A stretch of DNA of 63,805 nt, counting the filler, from Asterionella formosa (taxonomy: Eukaryota), in NCBI GenBank assembly GCA_002256025.1. It is 6 parts of 6 records of this genome, joined end to end, with 100 filler letters (N's around TTAATTAATTAA, not from the genome) between each part and the next. Parts side by side here need not be neighbours in the genome. Positions count along the whole stretch, not along the records: positions 31,989 to 42,532 come from NKIB01009368.1; positions 42,633 to 53,174 come from NKIB01009377.1; 4 more parts are not named here. One strand, 5' to 3'. How positions within the stretch are numbered: the stretch's first letter is position 1; every line of letters begins with the position of its first letter. Positions 33,981 to 46,500 of the stretch are shown here, piece by piece. The notes beneath the pieces are model-generated. The model ran no database searches, was not told the DNA's origin, and worked only from the letters and a program-made list of their open reading frames with translations. The translations under genes were made by a program, and so were the position numbers.

Positions 33981-36391
33981 GATGAGTCCTCGTTTTTGAT
34001 GCAACCAGCCTTAGCTAGAAACCAACAGATATATCTGTAACATCAACCAAGCAAATTGCAGCAGCTGTTGCCGCTTTGCCTATGAAAATAAGCCTCCCCT
34101 ACATAGTGATTACAGTAAAACCCCTTGTTACGTTTTTTCCTATTGTTTTATGTCGCTGCTTGTGTAGAAAATGCTAGAAACCATCAGATATCTGTGACAT
34201 CAACCAAGGTTGATTAAGCATGCGCTTTTCTATAGTCTAAACTTCATAGCAGTATATGACAAACTATCACTACTATGTAATAGATATAAGGATTGATGCA
34301 AAAGAAAACTTGACACCAAGGATAGGTGCATTGTTTGCTGTGTGCACCGATGTCTTGCTTGTTGGCACATGATGGTCATAATGGTCAGATACAGCTATCA
34401 ATGCTTGTGGGAGACAAGATAGATCACTCTGAAGAGAAATTCACCACCATAGTTGGAGGGAACTAAAGTAATGACATGATAGAAGCAATATGCATCCAAC
34501 TGGCTGCCATAATAGAATGTCAGCATAGTGGGGTACCAGCCAGGTAGGGCCAATTTGGTGAAGATCCATGTTCAGATTACTATGGATTGCTGGTATCGAG
34601 ATGAGGGTGAGTGACAAAATATCGAATCGTGGATTCTATTTTATGTGATTCAATCAATTCGATTAAATGACAATATGATTATATTTGAATGAACAATGGC
34701 ACATAATAGTTCAATGGAATGAATCTTGGGTTTGACATGAGATGTCAATTCATTTTATTGTAAAGTGTGAACAACCAAGACATTGGAGTAATCATGGTGG
34801 GGAAACAGATCGTGTTTGGGAATGAACAGTTGTTGCGATTGACAATTTTCAACTTAAGCTTGGAGTCTTAAAACGTAGGAAAAGTCAAGTTATCATCGAA
34901 GCTATCAATACGAATAGTTGCACGAGTAAGCTCGCAGCTATTAACGTAAACTAGATACTTTTACAATATATACTATATCTGTAACCGGGTTTATGTATAA
35001 AGAATTTATTGTGTATATTGAGTGATGGCACCATGTACTATATGTAACAAGTAATCTGTAGGAAACTTAACTTGCCATTTGACATTTGAGTATGGAATCA
35101 TTACTCCTACATACATATGGTTGTGCCTTTCATGGAGAAAGGAACCGAGAGGAAGCATGCTCAATTCTGTGTTTAAAACTTTGATAATCTGTTTTATAGT
35201 CCATTCCTACTCCCCTTTTTCAAAGCAAGTATTCATTATGCTGCCTGCCAACAAGACCTGTGCTTCCCTAGTTTTGTTACAATAGGTGAGTCCCCAACCA
35301 CCTTTCATGAAAGGTGATTGTCTCAGCCGCAGCATCAGGGGAAACACTGACCACCTAGAAAGGTGGCACAAGCGGCTTTTAAGGGGGTAAACCCATTATT
35401 TCTTGCACACCAGACAAGATGGTGCAAAATGGTAAGGAGTGTGGGAGTCAAACCCAACAATTGCTTCTCAAAAAAATTGCGGGAATCTAACCACACAGCT
35501 TCAGGAGGTCAAAGGCAATGTGCTTAGTAATTAATTACCATATGCCTTTCCCACCCTCAATTCTGTCTTTGATTATTCGTTTTCAATCATAATTAACAAT
35601 TCAGAATAACAAATAAGCACCCGCTTTAATCCTGATAATTGTGGTGCAATGGCCACACAAGAAAATTGGCTGTTTGTGATGTCTTGTGTATCTGCCCTAC
35701 AACTGTGTGATGACAGACCACACAGTGAAATTTGATGCAGAAACACGGAAAAAGCACGCATGTGACGGTAGTTGTGGCAAACTGCCTAAGAAATAGCCAA
35801 AGTACCCGGTAATACCGGTAAGTACCAGTGGTAATGTGAAACAAGGTGATTTCCATGTCACAGCTGTGACCAACAAGGAATCCCCTTACATTGTTGATAC
35901 TGCCGGTAAATTAGCAAGCAAGCAGGGAACAATCTCGTCTACTAATGAACACGCACAGCATGCTCAAAATTTCCTTGCAGCTGATGCCTGTGATTTTGAT
36001 GGGAGCGGCCTGTCTCCTTCCTAGATACCGGTAGGTATACACCACAGCCATCCGCCATACCAACTTTCTGGTATGACGAGGCAACAAGGCAGCAAATGTA
36101 GTATGATAGATTTTATGTAGATTATTATTTCCATATTCTCATATCCATATATTTATATATATATGCCTTTCTGCTACCGGTATATGGTACCTGGCATTAT
36201 GGTACCAGGTAGCAGGTACGGTAGATTGCAATGTCGTACTAGCATTCCGTTCCTGCTTCCATTCCACAGCTGAACATTAATATTCTTAGTCTATTGATGC
36301 GCTTGCTCCTATAACAGCAACCGCAACCGCAACAACAATAGCAATAGCAATAGCAATAGCTGTAGCAACACCACGAGCAAGAGTAGCAGCA

Positions 36392-38221
36392 ATGGTGGAC
36401 GCAACGGAAGCTTCTCCACTCCTAAACAATCACAATCACGTTTCGTTTCAAGTGGAAGCTACGATCAATTCTGACAATGGCAATTCTGACACTACTCAAA
36501 CGGCAGAACCACCATCATCTCCACCACAGCAGCACCTACGAAGAGAGCGAAGTCGTAGCATGTCAGAAGTCATCGTAGATGTCATTGCCGAGGGCATTCA
36601 CGATGTCAAGGATGTATTGACAGAAGGGTACACGGAAGTGAAGGAGGTCATTGCAGAAGTGCTGGAAGAACAAGTCTTGCCTGTCCGTCCGAGAGATCAA
36701 GGAGAGCACGATAGGAAGCTCAGTGCACTGGCGTTGTCCATACTGGTCTTTTACAAAGTATCTGGGGGGCCTTTTGGATGTGAACCCACTGTCAAGGCAG
36801 CTGGACCATTCTATGCACTACTAGGATTTACTCTGTTTCCATTCATTTGGTGCATTCAAGAAGTGCTCGTCACTGCGGAACTGGGATCTGCCTATCCAGA
36901 ACCATCAGGATCAGTGGCTTGGGTGGAAGAGGCATTCGGACCAAAGGCTGGACTAGTTTGTGGATACTTTCATTGGGTTTCAGGAGCCACTGACAATGCT
37001 ATTTATCCATCTCTGTTTTTGCAATATGTCATTTCATACTTGCAACAACAACAACAACAACAACAACATAATTACAACACCACCAGCAGTGATGCTGAGT
37101 TTTCCGATTATTCATCCATTCTCAATTCAGATTCCATTCGATTTGCCTTTAGTGTTGCCATTGCATGTGGCCTGGCATTCATCAATTACACAGGATTGGA
37201 AATTGTGGGAAATGTTTCCATTGTGGTTTGTATCATTTCTATGAGTCCATTCGTCCTATTGTTCATTATGGGATTACCACATGTGCAACCAGAACGGTGG
37301 ATGGTACTACCAGTGCCCATGGACGGAACCAACAACAGCAATAACAACGAGGATGATGTACTCACAGGTGATGCATCCTGGTTCTTTCCCATGCTCACCA
37401 TGGGAGGAGTCTTGTGGAGACCCTTTGTCAATAATTTGTTCTGGAATTTAAATTCGTTTGATGTTGGAGCCAGCTTTGCTGGAGAAGTACAAGATCCAGA
37501 ACGAGTCTTCCCAAGAGCCATGTTCTTGTCCGTAGTATTTGTTGTATCCTCGTACGTACTCCCACTGTTGGTAGCGTTGGGAGTGAGTGATACACCCCAA
37601 CAAGCGTGGGAGGCGGGACATTTGACTGTCGTGGCAGGACAAATTGGAGGACCGTGGTTGGCTGGATGGTTAGTCCTTGCATCAGCAGTTAGTAACATTG
37701 CACTCTTTGAAGCTGAAATGTCTGGTGATGCATACCAACTCATGGGAATGGCAGATCGAGGATTGATTCCCAAAATTTTTTGCAAACGAAGCAGTAGATT
37801 CGGAACACCCACCAATGGTATACTGGTTGGATTGTTTGTGATCATTTGTCTAAGCGTTGCCAACTTTGATCAATTGGTGGAAATGCTCAACTTCGCATAT
37901 GCTGTCTCACTCTTGATGGAATTTGCTGCTTTTATCAAACTTCGTATAACCGATCCTGACGTACCACGTCCCTACCGCATTCCATTTGGAACATTGGGAT
38001 GTATAATATTCTTATCACCAGCATGTGGGGTGTGCCTATTTCTCATGACTGTTGGATCCAAATTAACTTATGTCTATTTTTTGGGTCTGTGTGGTTTCGG
38101 TGTCTTGTTCCATATCCTACAAAAGACAGCCAAACATTACGGATGGTGGGCCTATGTGGAAGCTGTCAAGAAGAAGAAAACAAGTAATTCGCCATTGGCC
38201 AAGATTACTGGACTTCAATGA
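36392..38221 (+). CDS. APC-superfamily polyamine/amino-acid transporter (RMV1/PUT/LAT-like)
   Basis: FYKVSGGPFG.E, AELGSAYPE..G.V.WVEEAFG, TDNAIYPSLF, LFWNLNSFD, SNIALFEAEMS.DAYQL.GMA.RG, RPYRIP. Confidence 0.92.
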   Translation: MVDATEASPLLNNHNHVSFQVEATINSDNGNSDTTQTAEPPSSPPQQHLRRERSRSMSEVIVDVIAEGIHDVKDVLTEGYTEVKEVIAEVLEEQVLPVRPRDQGEHDRKLSALALSILVFYKVSGGPFGCEPTVKAAGPFYALLGFTLFPFIWCIQEVLVTAELGSAYPEPSGSVAWVEEAFGPKAGLVCGYFHWVSGATDNAIYPSLFLQYVISYLQQQQQQQQHNYNTTSSDAEFSDYSSILNSDSIRFAFSVAIACGLAFINYTGLEIVGNVSIVVCIISMSPFVLLFIMGLPHVQPERWMVLPVPMDGTNNSNNNEDDVLTGDASWFFPMLTMGGVLWRPFVNNLFWNLNSFDVGASFAGEVQDPERVFPRAMFLSVVFVVSSYVLPLLVALGVSDTPQQAWEAGHLTVVAGQIGGPWLAGWLVLASAVSNIALFEAEMSGDAYQLMGMADRGLIPKIFCKRSSRFGTPTNGILVGLFVIICLSVANFDQLVEMLNFAYAVSLLMEFAAFIKLRITDPDVPRPYRIPFGTLGCIIFLSPACGVCLFLMTVGSKLTYVYFLGLCGFGVLFHILQKTAKHYGWWAYVEAVKKKKTSNSPLAKITGLQ

Positions 38222-38464
38222 CAGTTGTCAAAACTATGCATACAATAACAATTGTATTGCTTTTTTGGACAGACGTACAAAGTTGACAATGAGAGTGTAC
38301 TATAATGCATTTGATATTATATAACATTACCACTACTATTACCGTGGTGTACAATCGTCAAAACCTTGTCCCTGCTGCTATTTGCTTCGTTGCATTAAAT
38401 AATGCATCAAATTGCAAACCAACAGCAACCAAGTGCAAACATCAATTACAACAACAATTATTAA

Positions 38465-40479
38465 TCAACTCCAAAACCCTCCGGTACTTTGATTCTTGCA
38501 GAATACATCACTAGGAAGTTCCTGTTCATGACAAGTAATCAATGGTTTCATGGAACAGCAGTTTGTAATCAACTCCTTGTCTGTCACTGTCTCTCCTGAT
38601 GATGCTACTATAGATGTAACATTTGCCCCAATACACTTGTTCTGAACAAACCATTCTCCCATTTGTTCAAAATGTTGTACTTTCTCAACCTTGGTCGAGG
38701 TCCAACTCATATGGAACATGTAGGGCCTGGTAACTCCTGTGACAATGTCTTTCATTGTAGTGTGTCGTCGATGAAAGATAACACCAGTAGGGAAATATGT
38801 GGGATCTAAAATCTTGACAGTCAATCCATACCATGATGCATGTTCTGCCATTAGATGATTCATCAAATATTGATCATTCCCTTGGTTAGAGTCACTTAAT
38901 AGAAAAACTGAATTCAACAAGTATTTCGTTCTGTCATTGTTTCGGAGATAGAAGAATCCAGTGTTTCCAATATATGGAAGACTTTAATGATATATATATT
39001 TATAGATATATAATATGATATCATGATATATGTGTCGATGGAAGCCAAAAAATGGCAAATAAACATTGTGGGAATGACGGTTCAATGGAACAACAAAAAG
39101 TATTGTTAGTATAAGGAAATACACCAACACCAACACATTTTGATATATATATATGTTTATACGTACTATGCCGGTTGATCATTCCCATCATAGGCAAGCA
39201 TAACATCCATGTTCATGAGTGATTTGTTTTGAAAAAAGGGCAATGGATCTTTATACCAAATCACATCGACATCTTGAAATAGTATATCATACCCCAGCAT
39301 ACTTGCCAATTGAAAACAAAACGACTTGGCAGTCAACATGGCACCATATGTCTTGTCTGCAAATTGCGCAGCTGCTTGGGATGGGAATCTTGAAAACAAT
39401 TGGTCATGATAATACACTGTAACATTCATCGCCCTCATTAGATCTCTTGTATTGACATCAGTCGCAAATACCAAAATCCCAGAAATGTCTATATTTCTAT
39501 AATGAGCATTGCAAAGAAAGTTCAGAAGTAATTCTGATTGACCATGATTGGCCATCATAACAATCAGAGTATTGTTTCTGGCAATCTGTTTTGCCACAGG
39601 CCGTAATTCATCCAAGATGGTATCTATTTCTCCAAAGTATTCATGCAGTAACTTCCAATGTTGTTTGGTCAAATCTGGTATTGGCGTGGCTCGTTGAAAT
39701 CGTCCACCAAATTTTAGTGGCAAAGATGCATCCATTTCTCCACCCTCGGATATTGGACTTCGACGCATAAATCGTTGAATATGTGAAGATTCATATTGTC
39801 CCACAAGTGCGATACATGTCCTTGCTTCCTTATCAACATTGGTCAAAATGACATTTAAATAATCACAATTGGCTGTCGCCTCTTGAACATTGTCCATATA
39901 GGGTATCAGTTTGTGTGGTGTTTTCTTGTGGTTGCCAGTGTTGTCGACATTTTGTTGTTGATCCAGCAAACTAGCAGCATCACTATAAAGAATCAATACT
40001 TGTTCATTTCCATCCGAATTTGGTTGCAATGGAATTCCAGTATCAAATTGTGTTGCAAATTCAATTCGAGGGACACGTCTCATACCAACGACTGTCTTTG
40101 CCAATTCCTTTGGAAAAGAATTGTTAAAGTTATAGCAATTGCTATTATTGTTGTTGTCGTGGCCATTATTGTTATGACTTTGTGTCGGTTCTTGTTCTTG
40201 TTGACATGGTGTACAAGTAGCAGTAGCATTAGTAGGCAAGACGTTCCGATAGGAGGACAAGGTCAAGTCTTCATCGTGTAGACGATAATGATTGGATTCT
40301 GATAAAAGGCCAATATAATATCCAACTTGTCCTGAAAAGGCGCAACAAACAATGAAACTAAAGATCCATAACGTTGGTTTCTTGTTACTGCTGCTGCTGC
40401 TGCTACTGCTACTGTTACTGTTACTTGTTGCTGTTGTTGTTTTTGTATTCCTGTCTCCTGCAAAGTGCAACGAAGCCAT
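38465..40479 (-). CDS. Nucleotide-diphospho-sugar transferase (GT77-like), type II membrane, 2 exons
   Basis: N-terminal TM; GYDILFQDVDVIWYKDP (DxD). Intron 38982-39166 (GTACGT...AAG) restores DQPAYLPYIGNTGFFYLR, followed by DQ, FPTG, FHMSWT. Confidence 0.88.
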
Positions 40480-41252
40480 GACTGAGAATGGTGGGGGGTG
40501 ATTGTTGGAATGGGGAAACGGATCGTTATAGAGGCGGGTGGGATAACATATATATATCTCTATCCAATACACCGCTGCATTAATTAATTAATATAAATGT
40601 TAATTACAATGATACTATATGATGACCATGATATTAAATCTGCTATACTGGGCGGTAGTGGCGGCTACGTAGAATCTTTCATGGTTCTGGTGACCGAAGT
40701 ACCATACCAGTACTTTCATCGCCACGTGTGTGCGTCATGGAACATTGCATTTGTCTTGTCGAAGAAAGTTCTCATTGTTATATAACGGTATTACATATGT
40801 AGGCATGCAGGAAGATAAGCTATATCATTACGTCAGGATTTTGAGAATCATGAGGCTATCTTATAAATAATGTACTAACAGGTAAATTCATGAGGATGCC
40901 GCAATCGTACCAGATAACCGTAGCAGTATCAACAATTTTCGGATTTTGCTTTGTCCAGACCGTGAGTTCAGGGAGCACCAGGTACCTGATACCATACAAC
41001 CACTATGTGGTAAAAGCTAGGATGTAGGTAGCAGTTGCTCCTGCTAACATACAACAAAAATAGTTCGAACCTAGTTCGTTCTCCAAACCAACCATGCAGC
41101 ATGATTGGATGTGACAGCAGCATAGCTAGCAGTTGCTATAATTATGTAGAAGGTACTGTAATAGTAGTATTCATGGATCAACTTCTCCATATAGGCACCA
41201 TCACTTGTCTCATACATAAAACACATACACTGCTCATATCATAGCAGTACTT

Positions 41253-42155
41253 TTAAAAGTTTGTTAGAATCCTTCCTTCAAACATTCCAGCCTTGAGCAG
41301 AATAGTTTTGACACTCTCTGCCATACCCTTCATTCCACACAGGAGTGCTCCACTGTTTCTTGGAATTGGCACACCATCTTCTTCTAGAGCATTTTGGACA
41401 TACCCCGATCGCCCCTCCCATGAGTCGGTAGGTTGTGACATGACGGGGACAACTTCAAATCCCCCTTGTTCCCACTCCGAAAACTTGTCAACAAAGCAAA
41501 GGTCATCAGGAGTTTGCACTCCATAGTACAATCTAGCCGAGCGTCCATTGGAGGTTGTCCCTAGTTGCCCCGATTCCATGGCCGCCTTAATGGGTGCAAT
41601 GCCAGATCCAACACAAAAGAGCATAATATTTTGTGTAGGAAAATCGTACTTGACAATGCCTTCCAAATTTTCTTCCATTGGAAATCCTCCACCCAAGACT
41701 TGCGAGATTTGAACTTGTGCACCAGATGTAGCAGTAGTCATCCATTCATTGTCATTTGTCTTTTTGATGAGGAATTCAAAGGTCTTTGTGTCGTCATCAG
41801 TCAATGTTGTTGATGGAGGTGGACTAGCTATAGCCAAAAACAAAGGTTTCGTTTCTTCATTCAATCTAACTTGAACGTATTGACCAGGAATCTTGTATTC
41901 CTTGACAACGTCAGGATTATCCAGCTCCACGTTGATGGATACGCATTTTCCAGATTTATTAGCGGGCACGTTGGACGTGACTTTGGCAGCTGTCCAGATT
42001 GGCTCTGGACCCCAAGAACCCATAAAGAGGACATGTTTGGTAGTACTTTGGCGCTTGGCGCTGGATGCAAGCAGGAAGGATGGCCTGACAGAGCCCACAA
42101 ACGCTTCGACAGTAATGGCACTGAAGAGTGCAACGAGAAGAGCACGACGATTCAT
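41253..42155 (-). CDS. Plastid-targeted ferredoxin-reductase-type FAD/NAD(P)-binding oxidoreductase (pKIWI502-like)
   Basis: Signal peptide then VEA-FV bipartite leader; PGQYVQ, FLAIASPP, GSGIAPI, GYVQ, LCGMKGM, C-terminal TNF. Confidence 0.88.
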   Translation of the reverse strand: MNRRALLVALFSAITVEAFVGSVRPSFLLASSAKRQSTTKHVLFMGSWGPEPIWTAAKVTSNVPANKSGKCVSINVELDNPDVVKEYKIPGQYVQVRLNEETKPLFLAIASPPPSTTLTDDDTKTFEFLIKKTNDNEWMTTATSGAQVQISQVLGGGFPMEENLEGIVKYDFPTQNIMLFCVGSGIAPIKAAMESGQLGTTSNGRSARLYYGVQTPDDLCFVDKFSEWEQGGFEVVPVMSQPTDSWEGRSGYVQNALEEDGVPIPRNSGALLCGMKGMAESVKTILLKAGMFEGRILTNF

Positions 42156-42632
42156 TGTGGTGGGGTGGCAATCAATCAAACAATCAATCGATCAATCCAT
42201 CCATCAAAATTGGATGAACAATACGTTTATAAATCATGCATGTTCAAGAATATCTTTATAAATTTTCATGTATTTTTATGGCTGGCGTTGATGGTGACGT
42301 GATTGATGTAAATGTTGACACATCATCTACCGTTGCCAGGAGCGCTGAAGGCAATACACGCCCGAGGTGGTCTCTTGCCTGCGAGTATACATGTGTTCGA
42401 GGCTGGGTGGCGCGAGTAGGTTGACCGTACGAGTGGCGCCCCCGGCGCTGCGAGAAGGTCACCCTACGAGTGCCATCCCAGTCGAGTACACATGTATACG
42501 AGAAGGCAAGTAGCCGCCGAGAAGGGTATTGTNNNNNNNNNNNNNNNNNNNNNNNNNNNNNNNNNNNNNNNNNNNNTTAATTAATTAANNNNNNNNNNNN
42601 NNNNNNNNNNNNNNNNNNNNNNNNNNNNNNNN

Positions 42633-42786
42633 ACACGCCAAAGATTGGCATTTGGTGGCGCAGGGCGTCTTCTGCGGATGTTTCCGTCCGAATTATTGTA
42701 TCTATGGCATCTCCGACTCGATAAGAAACACAAGCAAATGGAAGGCAGGAAAGAATAGAGAGGACGAAGGCAAGGAAACGCGGCAT
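42633..42786 (-). CDS. 5' fragment of secreted/membrane protein, cut by scaffold start
   Basis: MPRFLAFVLSILSCLPFACVS signal peptide then YRVGDAIDT..., open into the spacer. Confidence 0.5.
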
Positions 42787-43062
42787 GTTCAGGACCTGTT
42801 TCCCTTTTTTGATATCTGATGGCTGATACACCTAAAATATTCATAATATAACTAATAATAAATATATGTATGATGGTTCACACTATTTAGCCAGGTATAA
42901 AGGCGAGCATAATAAAAACTAGTAATGATAATCGGATCACGATATGTTACGTCATTTCAGCTGAATTTTTTTATTCAGCTGAAATGATATGAGCACTCAA
43001 AATCTGGTGAGTACCGGTAATGTAATTTTGTTCTTTAAAATAAATTAGCTGTAAGTAAATAA

Positions 43063-43569
43063 TCTTGAGATGTTCCAGATCTCCTTGATAGTACTTACAC
43101 GTCTAGTGTCCAGTACTACTAGTTCTCCACTAGCTACCGGTAGTTTTCGACAACACTTTAATCTACTTTTAGATTAACCTCTTTCAATGTTGTGATTACT
43201 TCAGATTACTTTTTCTATCAATCTTACCAAATTCTATCAATCCTGCCAAATTACTTGGTCTTACCAAATTGATCTTGTTTCACAAATCTTACTTTCTTGG
43301 ATTTGTTCTTCACCTCAATCCACTCTTTCTCATTGGTCGATTTCATACGTTTTGCAATTCCAATCGTATCAGTCTTATCATTTAATGTTGCATGTTGGAC
43401 TTGCTCTGTAGGAATTGCTACTCCATTTACGAATCCCACATATATTTTCCTGAACTGACCTTCTTGTTCCATGGAATTCCTCACCATGACTGTCAGTCAT
43501 GCAGACTGTGCAGTTATTACAGTACTAGATATACTACTGTCTGCTAACAGTAGTCGTTTATCCTCAACA
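43063..43569 (-). repeat. 3' LTR (507 bp)
   Basis: Near-identical to 48417..48925. Confidence 0.95.
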
Positions 43570-46500
43570 TCCTCCCTCCAACATTCAAGATTCCCATTTC
43601 TTATCCTTGCTGCATGCTTTGTGTGCAACTTCTCTGGACAGTTCTTGCTAAGTATGTCAACTGAGTTCTCTTCCGATCGTACAAAATGTACCATCAAATA
43701 TCCTTGATCTTCAAGTTCTCGGATGAAATGTGCCCTGACATCAATATGCTTTGTCCGTGCACCCACATGTTGGTTCTTTACCAAATAGATAGCTCCTAAA
43801 TTGTCTTCGTATACACGCCCAACCAATTTCTCCTCTTTTGGATATTGCATCACTTCTTCAAGTAGCATGGATATGAACTTGTTCTCACATGCTCCTTTTG
43901 CCAAAGTGATATACTCCGCTTCTGTGCTTTACAATGTAACTACATGTTGTGTCTTTGACTCCCAGTTCACCAATGTACTACCGATTGTATGTAGACCAGA
44001 CAAAACGCTCTTCCTGCTATCAATATTCTTTGCATAGCCTGAGTCCACAAATGATATAGACCTCATCTCTTTTGGGCTCCGATATGTCAACCCATCATAA
44101 TATCTTGCTTTAATGTGTCCAATCAGTCTTTCAAGTGCTTTCCAGTGCTCCTCGCCTGGGTTTGACAGATGTTGTGTAAACTCTCGTGCAGGGTTTGCCA
44201 AATCTGGTGCCAACTTTGTCATCAAATACATTACTTTTCCAACCATAGAACGATATTCCGTCATTTTTACTGGTTCTCCTTGATTCTTCCTGAGGAACTT
44301 GTTTGGATATCCTGGTGTCTCTGTCTCCTTAACATTCTTCCCAATTATATTTTCGAATGACTCAACAATTTCATCCTCCAACTTTGTCATACTACCCACA
44401 ATGTAGATTTCACCATTTTTATCAGTTTTCCATTCATACCATACGCCAAGATGCTTCTTCAATCTTTCCAAATCTGAAATATTAAACCTCTTCTGTATTT
44501 TCAACTTGAACTTTTCCAATTTTTGTCTTTATTCCTACTCTTACAGTAATATAAACATGGATCCACCAAGCTCTGAGTCATCTTCATTTCCTTTCTTAAG
44601 TATTTGCACAATGTCTTCATAAAAAGTCGTGGGACATCGACTCCATCATACATGGCTCTTGTCAGTTTGATGCAAAACTCCTTCTTTTCTTCTTCTGTGA
44701 TAAATCCAAGTTCCACCATGCCTTCTGGCCATTCTGCATACACTGGCCTGTCTGATTCAAATTCTGCATTCAAGAATGCTGCTTCGATGTCTATCATCTC
44801 AATTGTCCAATCTTCATTCTGGCGATGTAAAGCCATAGCAATTGCTGTCCTGGCTGTTGTATCTGTTGCGACTGGCGAAAAAGACTCCATGTAGTCCACT
44901 CCTGGCTGGGACCATTACATAGCCCTTCAGCACAATCCTGCTCTTGAACCTTTTTGAACCATCTTTTTCCTCCTTCACCGTGAATATCCATTTCACAGGT
45001 ATGGGCTTACGGTCCTTCAAATTTTCTCTTGGAAACTTATGCCATGCATCTCTAAATAAAAAGTTATTGATTTCTGCTCTTGCTGATGGTTCCCACTTGT
45101 CACGGTTTTTACCATCCATGGCTTTCCGAAATGTCTTAGGTTCTCCAGTATCTGACACTAGTGTTGCATTGAATGCCATTTGATCCGTCTTACTGCGTGT
45201 TCTTATTCCAATTTCACCATCTTCAATCATGATTGGCTGGCACTTCAATTCCCAGCCGTTTCATTTCATTTTTCAACCTTGTTGAATTGTGTTGTGGTCT
45301 CTCAGCTTGCTCACCAGCTTCCACAGTAATATCATCTGCTCCATACATTTCCATTTCTGGAGCATTTGTTCTTGTATAAATTTCTGGCAAGTCATCAACA
45401 TCACTGTCGTCTGTCTGCGTCGAATTTGACTCATCACTCCTTTCTTCATCATCCTCTTCATTTTCTTGCTCAATTCTTGAGTCTTTTTCTTCTAAAGTTA
45501 TCTTTTCCTCCTCATACATCCTCCTCCCTGCTCCAGACAATGGAGAATCCAGATTTGATGTGGATTCTGCCAATTCATCCTCATATGTGGGGATTATATG
45601 GATAGGGGGATTGTCCTCATCAGGTTCTTCAATCACTTCTGGAGGTTCTGGCTTCTCCAAAATCAACTCAGGGTCATAAATTTCACTCATAGTCAATCTG
45701 ATATCGTTGGTAGCATTCGTTATGTCTGCCCAAGCATGAATATCTCTTATTTCAACCACTTTACTGGTTACTGGATTGTACATACGATACACATCCCTGG
45801 CATGGTTCTCACCATAGCCAATCATTACCATGGGATTTGCTTTCTCTTTGAACTTCCGTTTCATTGTGGACCTGTTTGTAGCGTAACCAACTCTTCCAAA
45901 CTCAATCAAGTTTGTGTAGATGTCACTTGGTTTTCCATAAAATAACTCATCAGGTGGTACTGCACTTCGGGTGTTTGGAAGGGAATTTCCTAGTATTGCT
46001 GCTGTTTTTGTCGCTTCAGCCCATAATTTAGCTTGCATCTCTTTGGTCCATGCAGCAGATATCATCATTGCCAGAGCACGCTTTGCATCACGTGAAAACA
46101 TCCTTTCCACCACTCCATTGTGCTGTGGTGTGTGAGGTGCTGTGTACTCCAACTGAATTCCATATTCTCCTTCCCATATTTTTCGTAATTCAAAAATATG
46201 CTCGCCTGCATTGTCACACCATAGATATTTTACTGGCTTCCCAGCAGCCTTCAACTTGTCCAAAATTTCCTTCAGTACCTTTGTTATGCCATTTTTTCTT
46301 GCTCCATAAAAATCCCATGACTTCCTTGTTTTGTCATCAACAAATTTAAACCAATAACGTGACCCCATCACTGTCTCTGAATATGGGCCACTTGTATCCA
46401 TATAGATTCTCTCACCATGTTTTTCTGCAACCACAGTAGTCACCTTGTTTGTTCGTTTCTGGGTAGCTTTTGCTCGTGCACAGCCATCACACACCAACAT

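Noticed and set aside
34014..34210. Short direct duplications (also 59141-59275 and 55551-55800)
   Set aside because: Ordinary local duplications with no further structure.
37186..37863. Long antisense or alternate-frame ORFs (also 12321..12845, 47118..47762, 61220..61669)
   Set aside because: Shadows of real CDSs with no recognisable motifs.
43251..43487. Duplicated small ORF (also 48607..48993)
   Set aside because: Lies within the two LTRs; no evidence for an independent gene.
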